From assembly GCF_040938485.1 (NCBI RefSeq), contig NW_027271849.1, positions 248,001 through 312,000 on the forward strand: a stretch of 64,000 nt of DNA. Direction: 5' to 3'. A program made the translations under genes and the position numbers. Positions 11,967 to 32,143 of this stretch are shown here, piece after piece. This DNA comes from Diadema antillarum. Its lineage: Eukaryota. The notes beneath the pieces are model-generated. The model saw only the letters and a program-made list of their open reading frames with translations. It was not told where the DNA came from and did no database searches. The first letter of the stretch is position 1; every line of letters begins with the position of its first letter.

Positions 11967-14900
11967 TTAAGATTCAGCATTCAGGCTGTTGTGTGTAAAT
12001 ATGAAATGATTTCTGTGTGTGATGATGAAATACTATCCATTCTCAAGGAACAATGTCTAACAGTAAGGAACTGTGATTGGAACATCTATTATATCCGTGA
12101 GGTGCTGTTTGACACATAATCAGTATTTTTCGTCTTTTTGTAATTTTGATGTACATACTGCTGTTATAGTGTCTCCGACGGAGGGGTGTGTATTTGCATG
12201 TCTTTCTATTTGCTAGTTTCCTGTAAGTCGTGCTACTCCCTTTCTGTTAGAAATATCAATCCGTTAAAGAAATGCAAGATGGCATACCCTATTATGGGTT
12301 GTTTTAAAGGCCTCCAAATTTGGGTCTGTCTTTAAGACAAATTCAAAAACAAAGACAAAAGCAGAAAACTTATGGGGGGAAAAAAATGTGAGTACCCCTG
12401 TTCATGTTCATTTGTGTGCCTTGTAATGTTGCCAGTTGTATCAAGAGTTTGTTATATCAATTCTCATGTAATGTAAATGGGTTGCCTTTGATGTTAATAA
12501 CATTCCTTCTAAAATGCTGCAATTTAGCTTTCAATGTATTAAGGCAATATTATTCTTCAATATTACTTCCTCAGTCATCCAGAGCTTTTTCCATGTTGTT
12601 TAATTTACACTGTCCCTAAAATGAGCAAAGATGGACACACGATTAAAGGGAATGTTCAAATTTGGTTCTGAGCTATAAAAAAACATTGGGTCATTTCTGA
12701 GGGCAGCTTAAGCCATCGTATGAACGCTGGTGGAGTTTCTCAGGCTCCAGCAGCAACTTCGTGAGTGATGGCAAAATCTTCGTGCACCTATCGTGCTTCC
12801 TTCATGTGTCCTTTGGGTAAACTTCACGAAGATTCACATCTTTCAGCGCAGTTCAGGTGCTATTGTGTGACTCTTTGTAGATATCGTCCTTGCTTCGGCT
12901 GTTGATTGGCTTCCAACGAAGTTCGGGGCCAGCTTTGTACGAAAGTGAAAATTCCGTATTCGGATGGCCATCTTTTGTCAATTTTGGGACAATGTGACCA
13001 CACCTTAAAAACAAGCATATATCTCCTGGTATGAGTTCTTGTTTTATTTTATTTCATTTCATTTTTTGTTTCTACAGACAAGATGTATTACCAAGGAAGT
13101 TGATTACTCATTGATAATCAGTGAAAACATTTCTGTACGAAAATTGGCTCAATTTATTTATAATATTATAATTAATTAATTTTAATTATATTATAATATT
13201 ACGTGGAAATCACAAATGCATATCACAAACTTGATGGTTACTCCAGGTGGCAAAAAGTACAAAGACAAATTCGGATTGAGAGGACTGAATGATTTAATCA
13301 CAACCGGGATGAATAGAAGATTTTTAATTGTCAATTTTCTTTATTACTTGACTTGGGTTTTATGCTTGAACTTCAGACTTGGCCACTTGCTCAACAAGGT
13401 GTCCTTTTGTCAATCCCATTTTTCAGAGTATTATGATGATGAGATATTTTTTGGATGTTTGAGTATCAAAACTTTTAATATTTCAGTTGTTTTTTATTTC
13501 TCATTCAGGAAGACTAGCATGTAATTTTAACGAAATAAAACTATGAAAAGTGAAAGCGCTGATTGAAATGTATATTCTTCTCTTTTTTGACAATTTTTGT
13601 ACTTTATGCAAGTTTATAAGTGCAGTACTTATTGTTTGATCGCGATATCATCTTAATGATTTCCTTATTTTTGTGGTGTATTGTACTGTAATCACATTTT
13701 GAGGAAAGAATAAAAGTGTCTTTTTTATTTTTGTTTTACTTTAATCCATTGTTTGACATGGTTTGGTATGAAAAAAAAAATGACTCAAATTAGATTGCTA
13801 CTACATGTAAGGTTGGTCAAATTTTACAGTGATTAATTGTCATCTAAGATCATTTCATTACCTACATCTTTCTCTCCATCAATTTAAGAAAATATGTTTT
13901 CTGAATAGGAAAAAGGTGTTTTTGTTTTCCTGGAACATGACTTGATATGCTAAGTACCGAATGCATAAGTTTCCATTTTTGTTTTAACTAAAATATGTTT
14001 TGGCCTTTAGATAATGTTTTGACAGTGCATCAGTATGTTTTGTGGGTTGTTTGCAATCACGGGTACAAATTCGCATACCAAAAATCACTGTTCAACAATG
14101 GGAGATTAAAGAACAAAAACAACACATGTCTTCTTCAGTATTAATATTATTAGCATCAATTTTATTTCATCAGATTTGCCAAGCAGTTACATGGATACAC
14201 CATAAAATATTCATTACATTATGCAGATTTGTGATACCACACAACTATTTACACATCAACACAATATATTCAAATGTACATGGCTGTATTAAAAGAATGT
14301 AATTGGAAAATTCAAAGTCAAGAAAATATCTTGTATGTTGACATTGCACCGTTTAGACACTGAATCTAGAATAAAATAACTACAAAGTAGCACAGTTGCT
14401 TACTTAATAGGCTGTATTATAGGCCTACCAATCAACAATCAAAACCTGAAAGGATTCCTCTTGCATAATTCAATTGATAGATAACAAATTGTTAGGAATA
14501 ATTACTACTTCCTTATCACCTCATGAACAGGTGGTCAACAAAGACATAATGAAATATGAACATAGAAAATATGTCATGATAAAAGCACCTTTTCAGAAGA
14601 ACCATGCAGTGTACAGCACAAAAACATAGGTGGGACTAAGGATTTTGTCAAAACAGCAAGGTTACCAAGTATTGGGGGATTGAGCTAAAGGCAACAAAAT
14701 ATTTTTAAAGTCATTTACATCAGAATGTAAACATAGAGGGAAGAGCAGTTGCAAACCTGAGGAAATTGCATAAGAATGTCAATCCATTTTGTATGGTATG
14801 AGAGCTTTCTGGTCCTAGCTCATAGTCTACAAGGATTTCAAAATCTTGCAGGGAATGCTATACACACGTAATTACACAAGAAAGCTTGTTTTTACAGTTG

Positions 14901-16877
14901 CTTGGAGTGTCAAGTGTGACAGAATCTGAACAACTGCCTAGAAGCATATCTTATAGTTGGTGTCTGACAATAATTCTTATTCCAGTCTTGGATTTCATAT
15001 TGCTCTTAAGTGCTCAGATACATACATATCATTGAAACTTTAACATTTCTCCATAGCTGCGTGTCGAAGTTTCAGAATACATGATGAAGAGAAAAATCTT
15101 TCCCATTCCCCTGAAATACTTACATGTAAGCTGTCAATGCATTTTTATTTCATTGTTTGTTTAGCATATTCACATGTAATCATTGTAATCACATGGCACA
15201 ACATCGATTTTCCTTTGTGGCAACAAGTTTAGCAATTCGACACTATTCACACAATGTTGCCAATTTGTTTTAAGATCAAAATCTCTCCTGTAATACGTAA
15301 GAGATCCAGCCCAAGAACGAGTTCCCACAACTATGATGTTATATCCTCAACACATGCTTCAGAAGACACTTCCAAAAACAATTTTTGCAAAATATTTCAC
15401 TGTAGAGGTATTGCATTTAATCCGCTAAGACTATTTTCATATCCAATTCATTTATTCTGGTATTTTCTCCTTTTTTTTTGTTTTCATGCTAAAAATTGCA
15501 ACAGACATACAATTTAAACATCAAACATAAAAACGTAGCAGCAAGTAAACACATTTACAAGAGCAAGAGTAAGCACTAGGAATCTTTCTGACAATTTATG
15601 CGCAGCACATCACTCTGATCTAAGCCATGTGTGGAGCTCTTGACCGGAAAACCCTACAGGTTGACATGAGACTTGTCATCTTGACCTATTAAACACTTCA
15701 CTCTTAATTTGCATAGAAATTTTCTTAATATTTGTATCTTTTACTTTGCTGGGTAGGCAAATGGAATAACCATCATGTGGTAGCATGAATTGAAATACCA
15801 GTAAGTTCATCATGCACCGATTCCAAGTTGCCAACTTAGCCTTATTTCAGAGGTAGAGTCAGAACAATATGTTTCTTAAATGTGCTAGCCATTTGTGTGA
15901 TCCTGAAATCAAGAAATTGGAAAATTACAGAAAATACTGATCTATTCATACTGTTTCCCAGTCATTATGATACACAATTTTCCAACAGAGCTGAGACTAC
16001 TGCAAAAAAAAAAAAAAATCTTGTCTCACTATTGAACAGAGTTCCCACTGAGCTATATGAAAAGACACAATTAACTCTTGGGTCAGTGCTCAAAGAACTC
16101 ATAACCACCAATGACTGCCCCTATTTGCACAGATAGGGTTGGATTATTATCTCACTGGTGTGAAAACCCATGGGATACAGACAGGAGCAAGAAATAAAAC
16201 TTTCCTTCCTTTAAAATGAATAATAATGAATTAGGTGAAAGATAATTATGACATCTGCGATTATGATAACATGCTATGACAGTTACAAAAATATGCAAAT
16301 GCAAGGATCCTTTGAAGGGGGGGGGGGGGGAGAACTGCATGGAAAGTTGAAACAAACTACATCAAACTTCTAAGTATGCTCTTGGCATCCATTCCGGCAC
16401 AGAAAAGAAAGAATCTGGACGGATGATTGAACACTAATCTCTTGGTTTTGAAGTTGTAACTCGAGGAGAACAAAAACAGTGTATATCTGTTTGAATAACT
16501 CTTCTAAATGTTACAGAATATGCATTGTAGAATATCTTATCTCTATACATATATTTACTAATATAAAGCCTAGAGCACATGGTATCCTTTTCTTTTCTGT
16601 CACTTTGAAATGAATACAAAAGCATACATGGCATTGAAACACTGCACCTTTCTTAACGCTCGTCCATCATCAAGCTGTTGCATACAAATTCGACTCGGCG
16701 TACTGCGACAACATCTGTAGAAGTCGCAGCACAATTGTGTAAAAACAAAAAAAGAAGAAACAAAATCGGTCGAATGATACTGCAGCGGTGATTTTCTGAC
16801 TCCATCTGAGTTTGTCACACAAGGTGTTCCTCAAGGACACCTCAAGGTGAGCTTCTGGCATCTCAAGGTGACCTTGT

Positions 16878-22439
<5,562 letters not shown>

Positions 22440-22850
22440 GGTGACTAAATGAAAAACACTTGTTGATGTGCCACGGGAAGATTATAATATACAGCGCTTG
22501 GCTTGAACGTCGATGATTTAAACCGTAGTTACGAGCCCCAGTTCCACTGGAAACTGGCAGTAGAACTTCTGCTTTGAATTATGACCCAAAACAGTCAAAA
22601 CTGTTGGTGAAAATCTTCTACTTTTATGTCTTCTTCTGCCGGTGCATAGGATTACCGCAACTGCACTGTCCCGTACTGAAAGTGTGTGGCGATCGCGATG
22701 TGTGTAGGGAATGGGGCAATGGGGCAATAACAAAATAACACACGCGCTATGCAGGGGTCGCTAGGCGATCGTATAATATGGCACAGCGCACGCGCATTTC
22801 GCCAATTCGCCCCGGCCGCGACGGCAGAGCCCTCGCGAGTTCCCTGTGAC

Positions 22851-22864
22851 GTAGTCATAGCAAC
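22851..22864. promoter_or_regulatory. Candidate RFX X-box upstream of the ciliary CFAP97D2-like gene
   Basis: GTAGTCATAGCAAC vs X-box consensus GTTRCCATGGYAAC, in a CG-richer patch ~410 bp upstream of the ATG and overlapping a TGACGT half-CRE. Confidence 0.5.
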
Positions 22865-23059
22865 CGGGAGTAGCGTGTTACTCATGCCGGGTCGATTCGC
22901 TGGGCCTATTCAATCCCCATTGACAAGTTAGTGGGACACTAGTTAAAAGAACCCCTTGTCACGTTACATGGTCATTTGTACACTTCGTTTGAAGTACGAG
23001 AGAAATCTCTGGAATCATTCTGTGGCCTGCAAAGTAATATTGATTGGAGTTAGAATTAA

Positions 23060-23390
23060 AGGGATGGTATAGTTTTGGTTGAGATGGGAATTAAGAACAG
23101 CTTTTAACTTTTTGCAAGATAATTAGAAGCTATTCATGAAATGCGAAAGAACAAACAATTCTGAGGGAAATTCTAGTATATTTGATGAAAATCGAGTTTG
23201 AAATGGTTGAGGTATGCAAAAAAACAGAGTAAAATAAAGCGATCCTATTTAAAGGTGAATCCCCCCTTTATTATGATTGCTTTGTTTTGGATATCTCAGC
23301 CATTTCAAAACCAATTTTCATCAAATAAACTTTGAATTCCTCTTGGAAATTTTATGTTCTCTTTAATAATTCATAAGAGGTTTCTCACTG

Positions 23391-23448
<58 letters not shown>

Positions 23449-23487
23449 AACATGAAGCCCGATCTCAACAAGAAATATACCATCCCT
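23060..23487. mobile_element. Kolobok-type TTAA MITE, copy 2 (contains a (CA)n tract)
   Basis: TTAA|AGGGATGGTAT...ATACCATCCCT|TTAA; homologous to 5122-7304 and 45484-45865. Confidence 0.7.
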
Positions 23488-26400
23488 TTAAGGGTAAATG
23501 TAGATACATCTCTAAATGTAGATACAGCGTAGGCCTACTTTCAAGTACAAACGATAATTCGCAATAACACCGACGAGCAATTCCACGATTTAAGTATAGT
23601 TCTGGGATACCACAATTCTAGCAGTATAGGCCTAACTTATTCACAAGATGATGAAAAAAATATACGAAATTAGGAATCCTGTTACAAAAAAAAAAAAATA
23701 GCACTGTTGATCTACTCTCTAGCAGACGCACTGTGAGGGGCACCATTTCTTAACCGGAAGGAAAAGATTTAATGAAAATGTAGCTCTCTAGTAGACTACA
23801 GTCTCTCCGATATTGTAATGCCACAGGTTAATTTGCGATTTTTTCTTCGAAATATAACAAATGTCATACACNNNNNNNNNNNNNNNNNNNNNNNNNNNNN
23901 NNNNNNNNNNNNNNNNNNNNNNNNNNNNNNNNNNNNNNNNNNNNNNNNNNNNNNNNNNNNNNNNNNNNNNNNNNNNNNNNNNNNNNNNNNNNNNNNNNNN
24001 NNNNNNNNNNNNNNNNNNNNNNNNNNNNNNNNNNNNNNNNNNNNNNNNNNNNNNNNNNNNNNNNNNNNNNNNNNNNNNNNNNNNNAATGCACGTGCATGC
24101 GCTAGAGATGATTTTTTTTAGCAGGGCCGTAATGGCATAGGGTCCAACTGTTTACGTGACGATAACTCACAAAAACTCACAACTCGCAATAAAGTACACA
24201 GTATGCCTTTTATGATATTTCCTCTTTTATTACACTCAATGATAAAAATGATAAGACGATGATAAGGTTTTCAGTATAAATCTATGTAAATTGTAGATAC
24301 TTGGATGTTGAGTAGGCCTAACTGTCACTTCACACATCAACATAATAACTCAGCAAAATATTTAAAAACTAATACATGTAAAGCTTTTAAACATCGAGGA
24401 AGTACTCCATTCAGAAAGACGTACATAGAATGATTAAACTGTTCAATGCTCAGAAGATGTGACATCCTGCCATTCTGAGACACTTTACTCGATTTCTATG
24501 TATTAAGTAAGGACACTTATACCTAAAAATCCCTAGTCATGACAGTGCATGCAAATACACGTTTTTAACCTTTAAGGTTTGACTATTATGTTTTTTAGAA
24601 TACACTTGGACCTAGCATATTAAGCGTTAAAGCCCTTGAGTATAACTCCACTGCATTTTCCTCACCAAGGGTTGTCAGTCGCGTAAGCAAAAGTCTAAAC
24701 ACTAAAGGTGGATTGGCAAAGTTGTCAAGCAGTTGTTTGGGGTTTTTTTAAATCGTGATATGCATGTTAATGAACTAGTCTGGCCCAAGAGCATGTTTGG
24801 TTATTCGGGGATAACAAATGGTAAGCATTCAATATAATGTATCTACGAATATATTTCGACTCTTCAATACCGACAGTGTTGCATAAAAATATACCAGTAT
24901 AATCTTTCTTAGCATATATCATATTATAGTACTCCATGCCTTCAACTGTAATAGACAAAGTTCTCTTCATATAGAAATGCATAAGAATGTCAATGAGAGA
25001 AGTAAAAGAAATCATGCATGCTTTCACAATCTTGTGTACACGTACTATTGTATTGTTTGTTTGTTTTTAAGAGAACGATTACTAACAGTGAAACATCAGC
25101 CTCTTCTTAATGAATAATTAATATGTTTTTTGTTCCATTAGCTATAGAGTTCATGGAAATCACGACTCTGTTTGTACTAACATGCAAGGTTTTGTATATA
25201 CACACAACCAATATCACATGCAACATACAAAACTGATCCTACAAAAGTTTTGTTTATTGCTCAATTATACTTTCAGATTACATTTGTATTGCAAATTGAA
25301 ATTTGACGTCTATATACTGATTTATATCACTATGATCTCAGTTAGCATTGTGTGTGTGTATTTTTATGTTCTTCCGCGAAAGGCAAGTTAATGTATCTAT
25401 TCAATTCATTTGCGAGACTATTACTTACAGGACTTTACTAGACACCTATCATCACTTTAATGCCAAAATAACGATAGCTAATAATAAGTCAGATGAAAGG
25501 AACTAGAAAGTTGTCAACTTGTTAACAGCGGTATATTCTGATATTTTCATTGAAAAGTGCTATAATTATCTATTGTGCCTTTTGTCTTTGAGGTAAACCG
25601 CAATTTATTTGCAGTATAGTTGTTGTATCGCCACATTGGCAGTTTTAAATAATGCTGACATTTTTTTTTCAAAACAGCTTGTTTCTCTATAATGCTTTCT
25701 CGCCTCTTCATTTCTGCAAGATTCTAGTCGTAATTATCTAGCCTCTCCATATTATTTTCCTTTGCATATCCTAAGAATATATTTTTCTGTTGTACAGTAT
25801 AATGGGTTTCATCAACAGCACGTCAGATCAAATTACTAACTTTTTTTTTTTCAGAAGAACTGAATGAAGTTGATATCGCCGCATTGTTTTTTTTAATAGG
25901 CGCTTTCATTTAGTTGCCTAGTAGACTTGTTCTCTGTGACACCAGTATAAATCATTCATTAAAATGTTAGATATAGTTCCTATTCTGTATTTATCGCGAT
26001 CTGTCAGTTTCAGGGTCAACTAAAAACGACTCGCTTCCACCCCTCTCCTTCAGCCAAAAAGAAAAAAAAAAGAAGGAAAAAGATGTACATGTATTGATGA
26101 TGTCATCACTCACCACACATCTTGGATTATCCCTTGTACTCCGTACATGAGTCTGCGTTGTATGTGTTTGCATTGTGTTTGTCTTTGTGTCTATACGCAT
26201 GTGCATTTCATGTGAATTTGACGTAATGACATTAAATCAGCACAGTTACATCATTCACAATCATTTTCATCTATATTATGTACCACGCCCATACAGGCAT
26301 GGCCGTGTTATTCCCTAATCCATCAAACAGGGTATATACACGGGTTTCTATGCAGTGGGAACGATATGGGAAACAATACTCCGCCACTGTATCCACATTT

Positions 26401-27516
26401 ATACCTAAAGCAATATTAAACAGCTATTCAAACAAGTCACTCGGACACAACTGGAAACCTAAATGTCCACCCACACTCAAATCACGCATAAAAGTCGGAG
26501 AAAGTTTCTCACCTACTCTGCACTTTCTAAAACCTAAAATGGACACAAACAAAAGCCACATCACCTTGCTTTCGAAAAAGACAAACATTATACACGTCCG
26601 TAAGAAGTTTGCAACGTAAAGACCTAGCCATATTATACGAATTTATCGCAAAATTGCCACCACAATGTATTTGGAATTGAGTTCATCCACCAAACAAAGA
26701 CTTGTATATCAATGTGCCATGAACGAAAAGCTAATTTCTTAACTTACCGATATTTACTATAACAGGTACAAAATTGCTATAAGTTTTAAAATATATTCAA
26801 ACCCAGTGTTATTATCATTGACATGAGAGTCAGTTAACAAGCAATTCAGCAATAAGGTTGTAATGTGGAATGCAAATAGGAATAGAGGCAAAAATTTGGT
26901 TGACTGTAATAATGGCGGTGATGGTGATACAGTTTAATCCTGCTTATTGTTCTTGATCTCCTTCTTTGGTTCCACACATGTGACCCCTTCGAGTGCACGA
27001 GGCGAAACCCATTCAAATCTGAAATATATAGGCCCATACACCACCACCCCACCCCACTAAGCACCAGCCTTACTCAGATCGCATGACCAACACAAATGGC
27101 TACCTACTAATTATACAATAAATGAAAATAACTGAAACGAAATGAATGCAATACGTCTCGGTCAAACTGTGGAAACGAAGGTAAATTCTGCTCTCAACGT
27201 TGTTTCTCCCCTCGGATGCGGTTAGAAGTGTACGGAAAAAAAGCCGTAAATAATCAATCAACCTATTTTACCTTTCGACATGATCTGTCATGCGAAACAT
27301 CCCAATTGTATTTTGAATGAATCAGATTCCACGACCTGACTTAATCATGATGTGATTTACTGAGTAAATTGTATAGCTGGTATTATTTCACTCCTTTCCG
27401 ATGCAATGCGGCCTTATAGGCCTCACAGTGATCCGTTTCGAAGGCAAGGCCCAGAGGCAAGGCACAATTACATGCCACTAATTTTGTTTGTATCCCTGCA
27501 GCTAAGAGGAGGGAAA

Positions 27517-29997
27517 TTACTTTTTTTCGTATGTCCCTTCTCCCTTGTAGCCGCCGACGTAGCCAGCCGCAGCTTTGGCATCGAAGTCCTTCCTTCCCTC
27601 CAGACCCTTGCCTTTGCCCGACTCATCGAAGCGCTCCTTGTGAGAACCAGTGTATTTCGAGGTGTCTGTCAGACGATCGACTCCTCCCGCCTTCACAGCC
27701 TTGGTGGCGCCCTACAGAGGCACCGTTGTCATAGGGGAGAGGGAGGTGTTGGAAAAGAAAAGAAAAAAAAAATGATTAAATCGGCCCCATCTGACAGATG
27801 AAATAAAGCTCTGACAATTTCGACCGCAAGGGTGAACTCAACGCGTTATTAATCTGCAACATGTCCCTTGTGTATTCTTCACGCCTAAAATGCAACAACG
27901 TCTTATTTGCTAAGAACATAGTTTCCTTTATGACATTATTTAAGATGCAACTATATAGTAACTTTTATAAATATATCCTAAAGCAAATGCCCACTCGCAA
28001 AGTAATGAATAATCAAACATGAGATAAAAGGTAGTAGGTAGTTTATAAATCGATGAGTATTCTCACGCACGTGACCTCGTGGTCATGTGACTTGAACAAA
28101 TCATGGGAGTACCAGCAGGATACTGGTGTTCGAACATGCGCAGACTTTGTGTCACTTTTTAGTTATCACTCAATTTCAATTGCAGCTGTATTAACTAAAT
28201 TTTGGTTGCAGTCCTCTTCTTCACTACTAGTACTATTATTTCCCTGTTGTTATTCAAAACAATGTTTTTAGATTTGAAGTAGGTCTAAATATCAAATTCT
28301 CCCATAACTTTCTAACTGCCATTGGAACATAATCTGCACTTCAAGTCAGTTTCATTGTTAGGTAGTGAGTTCTGAAAGATTTAACAGAGCAGCCAGCGAA
28401 AATTTGTATTTTCAAATATACCCCTTTTCGTTAACTTAACGTAGTGAGGAGTGGGTTCACGTGTTCACTTACCGTAGCTCCAGGTCCTTTTCCAGCGCAG
28501 ATCTTCTCGATGAGTTTACCCACGTCATCTTTGCTTCCATATTTCTTCTCTGCACACAATGCCAGTGCAGTCTTGAATTGCTTGAAGTTAATCTTTCGTT
28601 CGGTTTTTGCCTTGACCTCTGGCCTAAAAGTCATCAGAGAAAAAAGGAAAGATACAAGAGGCTCAGTTCGGTGAATATTCAATTCATTTAAATTAAATTA
28701 AATCAAATTAAAGTTCAGTTCAATTCAATTCAAATCAATTTAATTCAATTCATTTATTCTTCCAACAAAACATAACACATGAAAAATGCAACAAAAAAAA
28801 TAAAGCAGGCGAGAAAACAGCAAACCAACTTATCAACATCATTTGATATTCTTTTTATTTCTCAAAATACATTGTAGGCTACTAAACTGTTTACTGTCCA
28901 ATAGGGCACCTCGACCAAACCTTACAGCAGTAATAAAATATATGCTATACATCGACATTTACTTTGCATGCAGTCTGCGTACCAAAAATCTCCCAGAAAA
29001 ATTCGTTCGGTAATTAAAGGGGCATTCCAGACGATTTTCATAATTTCACATCATGTAGTACATAAATCAACGGCTCCATGTATAGATTTGTAGAATTTAT
29101 TGTGGTCCTTGAGCAGAGAAACAATACTCTGAAAATCTTAAACAAATTACACTGAATAGTGTTGATGACATAGGAGCCTCACATATGTTAGAAATGTAGC
29201 ATTGTAATTCCATTACAATACCACTAACCTTCCTTAACAAATTCACCTGTGTAGAATATATGGCATGCCATCTTGTGTCGTTCTGCTTCCTTGAGCCCCA
29301 ACTCATGCATTTTTATGGTGAGGCTGCCATGTCATCATCCTTGTTCATTGCAATTTGTTGTAAATTTTGAAAACATTCTTATTCCTCAACCCAATCACTA
29401 CAAATTCTGAAACTCTGTACTCGGTAAAGCTAATTCATAGTTGTTCAAATGTAAAAGTCTGAAAATCATCCTGAGGTCTCCTTTAAGGTGACTAGCAGAA
29501 GAGTGTTATGCGACACATCGATTGTGACAGTGAAAGGCACATGTCGCGAAAGTCAACCACCTATCGTGTAATTTGCATGTTCGTTATCTTTTTCTAAATG
29601 AGTAAAGTAAAACGATAATATCTATGTATTTGTATTTACATTTCTTTTGCACTTTAATCCCGAAATACAAACAAGCATCAAACAAACAGAATAATCATTC
29701 AATGTTCCTTTCTGATTGTTCATCACAAAGCGGCAATGGTAACAGGGATTAATCCATAAGACATAATGTACAACACATTTCTTATATAGAGAGGAAGGAA
29801 ATATTAAGAGGTTTAACCGCATAGTCCTACCTGCTAAATATAATGTCGGTATCTGTGGACGTGAATTTCTTGTCATACAGTTTGAGGTCCCGGAACAGTT
29901 TGCCGAATTTGGCGTTGTCCATCAGCGCGTCCCCGTCTTTCCCGGCGCCGAAAGCGCAAAAGGACTTGAAGACGGCTTGCAGATCGGCGTCGCTCAT
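27517..29997 (-). CDS. TPPP: Tubulin polymerization-promoting protein (TPPP/p25alpha family), ~170 aa, 3 coding exons
   Basis: Exons 29997-29831 ([17 protein letters not shown]...[30 protein letters not shown]), 28623-28473 ([21 protein letters not shown]...GKGPGAT), 27711-27517 (...[30 protein letters not shown]...GYVGGYK...TAA). The [22 protein letters not shown] and GYV.GYK signatures are diagnostic. Confidence 0.95.
29018..29482. mobile_element. TTAA-flanked MITE of a different Kolobok-type family, in a TPPP intron
   Basis: TTAA|AGGGGCATTCCAGACGATTTTCA ... TGAAAATCATCCTGAGGTCTCCT|TTAA imperfect TIRs. Confidence 0.55.
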
Positions 29998-32051
29998 TGT
30001 GCTTGATTAGCTCTCAAGACGGTCGGTTTTTGTCAGGCGCTGATACCGGCATATGGGGATGGAAGACATACGAAACCAAACGAACATTAAAAAAGTTAAT
30101 TTTCATAAAGTGTAAATGAGAAAAACAGAGACGCGTNNNNNNNNNNNNNNNNNNNNNNNNNNNNNNNNNNNNNNNNNNNNNNNNNNNNNNNNNNNNNNNN
30201 NNNNNNNNNNNNNNNNNNNNNNNNNNNNNNNNNNNNNNNNNNNNNNNNNNNNNNNNNNNNNNNNNNNNNNNNNNNNNNNNNNNNNNNNNNNGAATACGGA
30301 CGTATTCAAATTAACGCACGAATGAATGCATACACGAATGAATGAACAGATTAATAGATGAATTAATAAATGAATAAATGCGTATGAATAATTCAATCAA
30401 TTTGTAAACATATAGGCCTATACATAAACAACATACAAACATTATGCAAGTATGCACAGATACACAAAACATATAGGCCTACAGGCATACACACATACAT
30501 ACTCTGACATACTGACATGAAGAAGAAAATATCAATAAAGGCTTAATTTTTCACTGAAAAAAAAATGAATTGAGGAGAGACTGACATGATATTATATTTG
30601 CACTTTTAAGATAATGTGTACTTTCATAAAAAATTTGATGCATAGGTTAAAAAAAATGAGCGCAATCAAAAAAAAATGCGTAACACAGTATAAAATGAGT
30701 GCATTATTTAAGATTGTTTAGAATACTTTAGATAATTATATGCCGATGATTTGATATAATTTAGACTAAAGTGTAGTTTGGGGGAGCATACTTATAATGA
30801 GCGAGTAAGTTCTATCATTACTTTAAACATACAGCTCCAATCTTGACTCTGTATGATTCAATCTGTCAAACATTAATATGAGGAGGAATTTGGCGTGGAT
30901 GGAGTGTGGAGTTCAATGTCCGAAGCTTGTTTTCACATCCTTAATTAGACAACATCATAACAATGACTTTATGATAGATGAGGTCGATGTTTGATTCTGT
31001 GCAAAATTGTGCATTTTGAAGAGCATTGAGCAATCGATGGACGGGCCGGGATGCCCTGTTTTTTTTATAGCCATTGATGATTTAAGACAGTCACTGTTTG
31101 CCACTTTGGCATTCAAGAAGAAGAAGAAAAAGAAAAAGAAGAAGAAAAGACACGCGTTATGAAAATGTAACGTGCAATATGATCAGAACAACCTCACACA
31201 ATAGACTGCTTTTTGAAATGCTGGTCTTTTTACTCTAGCGAATACAAGTGATTTTAGGGCCCGCATAGAAATATACGTGTGAAGAAAAAAACAAACAAAC
31301 AAACAAGCAAACAGACAAACAAACAAAAAATAAACAAAATTAAAGTAAGCCTCCGGTAAGCATTTCGGCATATAGATAATTTTCATTTGTGCTACCTTTT
31401 TCCTTCCCGCTTCTATATTCCAGTCTTCCCTCGCTACTCTCCTCCATATTTAGGGATGCATCATGCATTTTGCGCTCTTCCATAAGGTATACACGCACTA
31501 CCTGCTATAAATACAGAGTTTATGTTCTTTCGAAATGTTGATGGATCACTAGCGTTTATCATAAAACAAAAGGCCCCCAAATTGCACGTACTGCGTGTTG
31601 TATTGATCACCCCTGGATACCCGTTGCCAGGCAGCCGCTGGTGCTATCACTCACAACACACATGCAGCACAGAGATTATCTTACAGACCAGCGAAAGACG
31701 CATTCCACGATATCGACGCATGCGATGAGTGGGAGTGGCTTTTTGGTTTTTTTTTTCATACTTTTGAACATAATCCTTTTTTAAGGAATGGGGACAAGAA
31801 TTTTTATATAATTGGTGACAGACATTTCAGTAATATTCGTTTTCTCCCCCTCGGCACTCTTGTCCTCATCTTTGATCCATTTTACGTCAAAGTACTTAAG
31901 TTCCTAAACAAAGATAATTCACCTTAACTTGATTTTTTTTTTCAGTGACCCTAGCTACAAATTTGAAGACTAATGAAAGACACAAACAACTTAAAAATCA
32001 CAGTGGTGTTCTACATTGCATTTGAGAGAGTTTATTCCTTCCCTGTATTAA

Positions 32052-32143
32052 CCCTTTGAAGGCTAGCCCTGACTTTACTCGGGCAGGTGTCTATGATTAT
32101 GGGAAATGTGTGTTAAAAGCAAAATCAGCTCGTCCTCAGTGGG
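32052..32143. mobile_element. piggyBac-type MITE, copy 2
   Basis: TTAA|CCCTTTGAAGG...CGTCCTCAGTGGG|TTAA. Confidence 0.65.

Noticed and set aside
27406-27801. Plus-strand 131-aa ORF (also 19216-19429, 28444-28691, 53064-54307, 57529-57994)
   Set aside because: These are antisense shadows of real minus-strand exons or TE ORFs, with no recognisable motifs.
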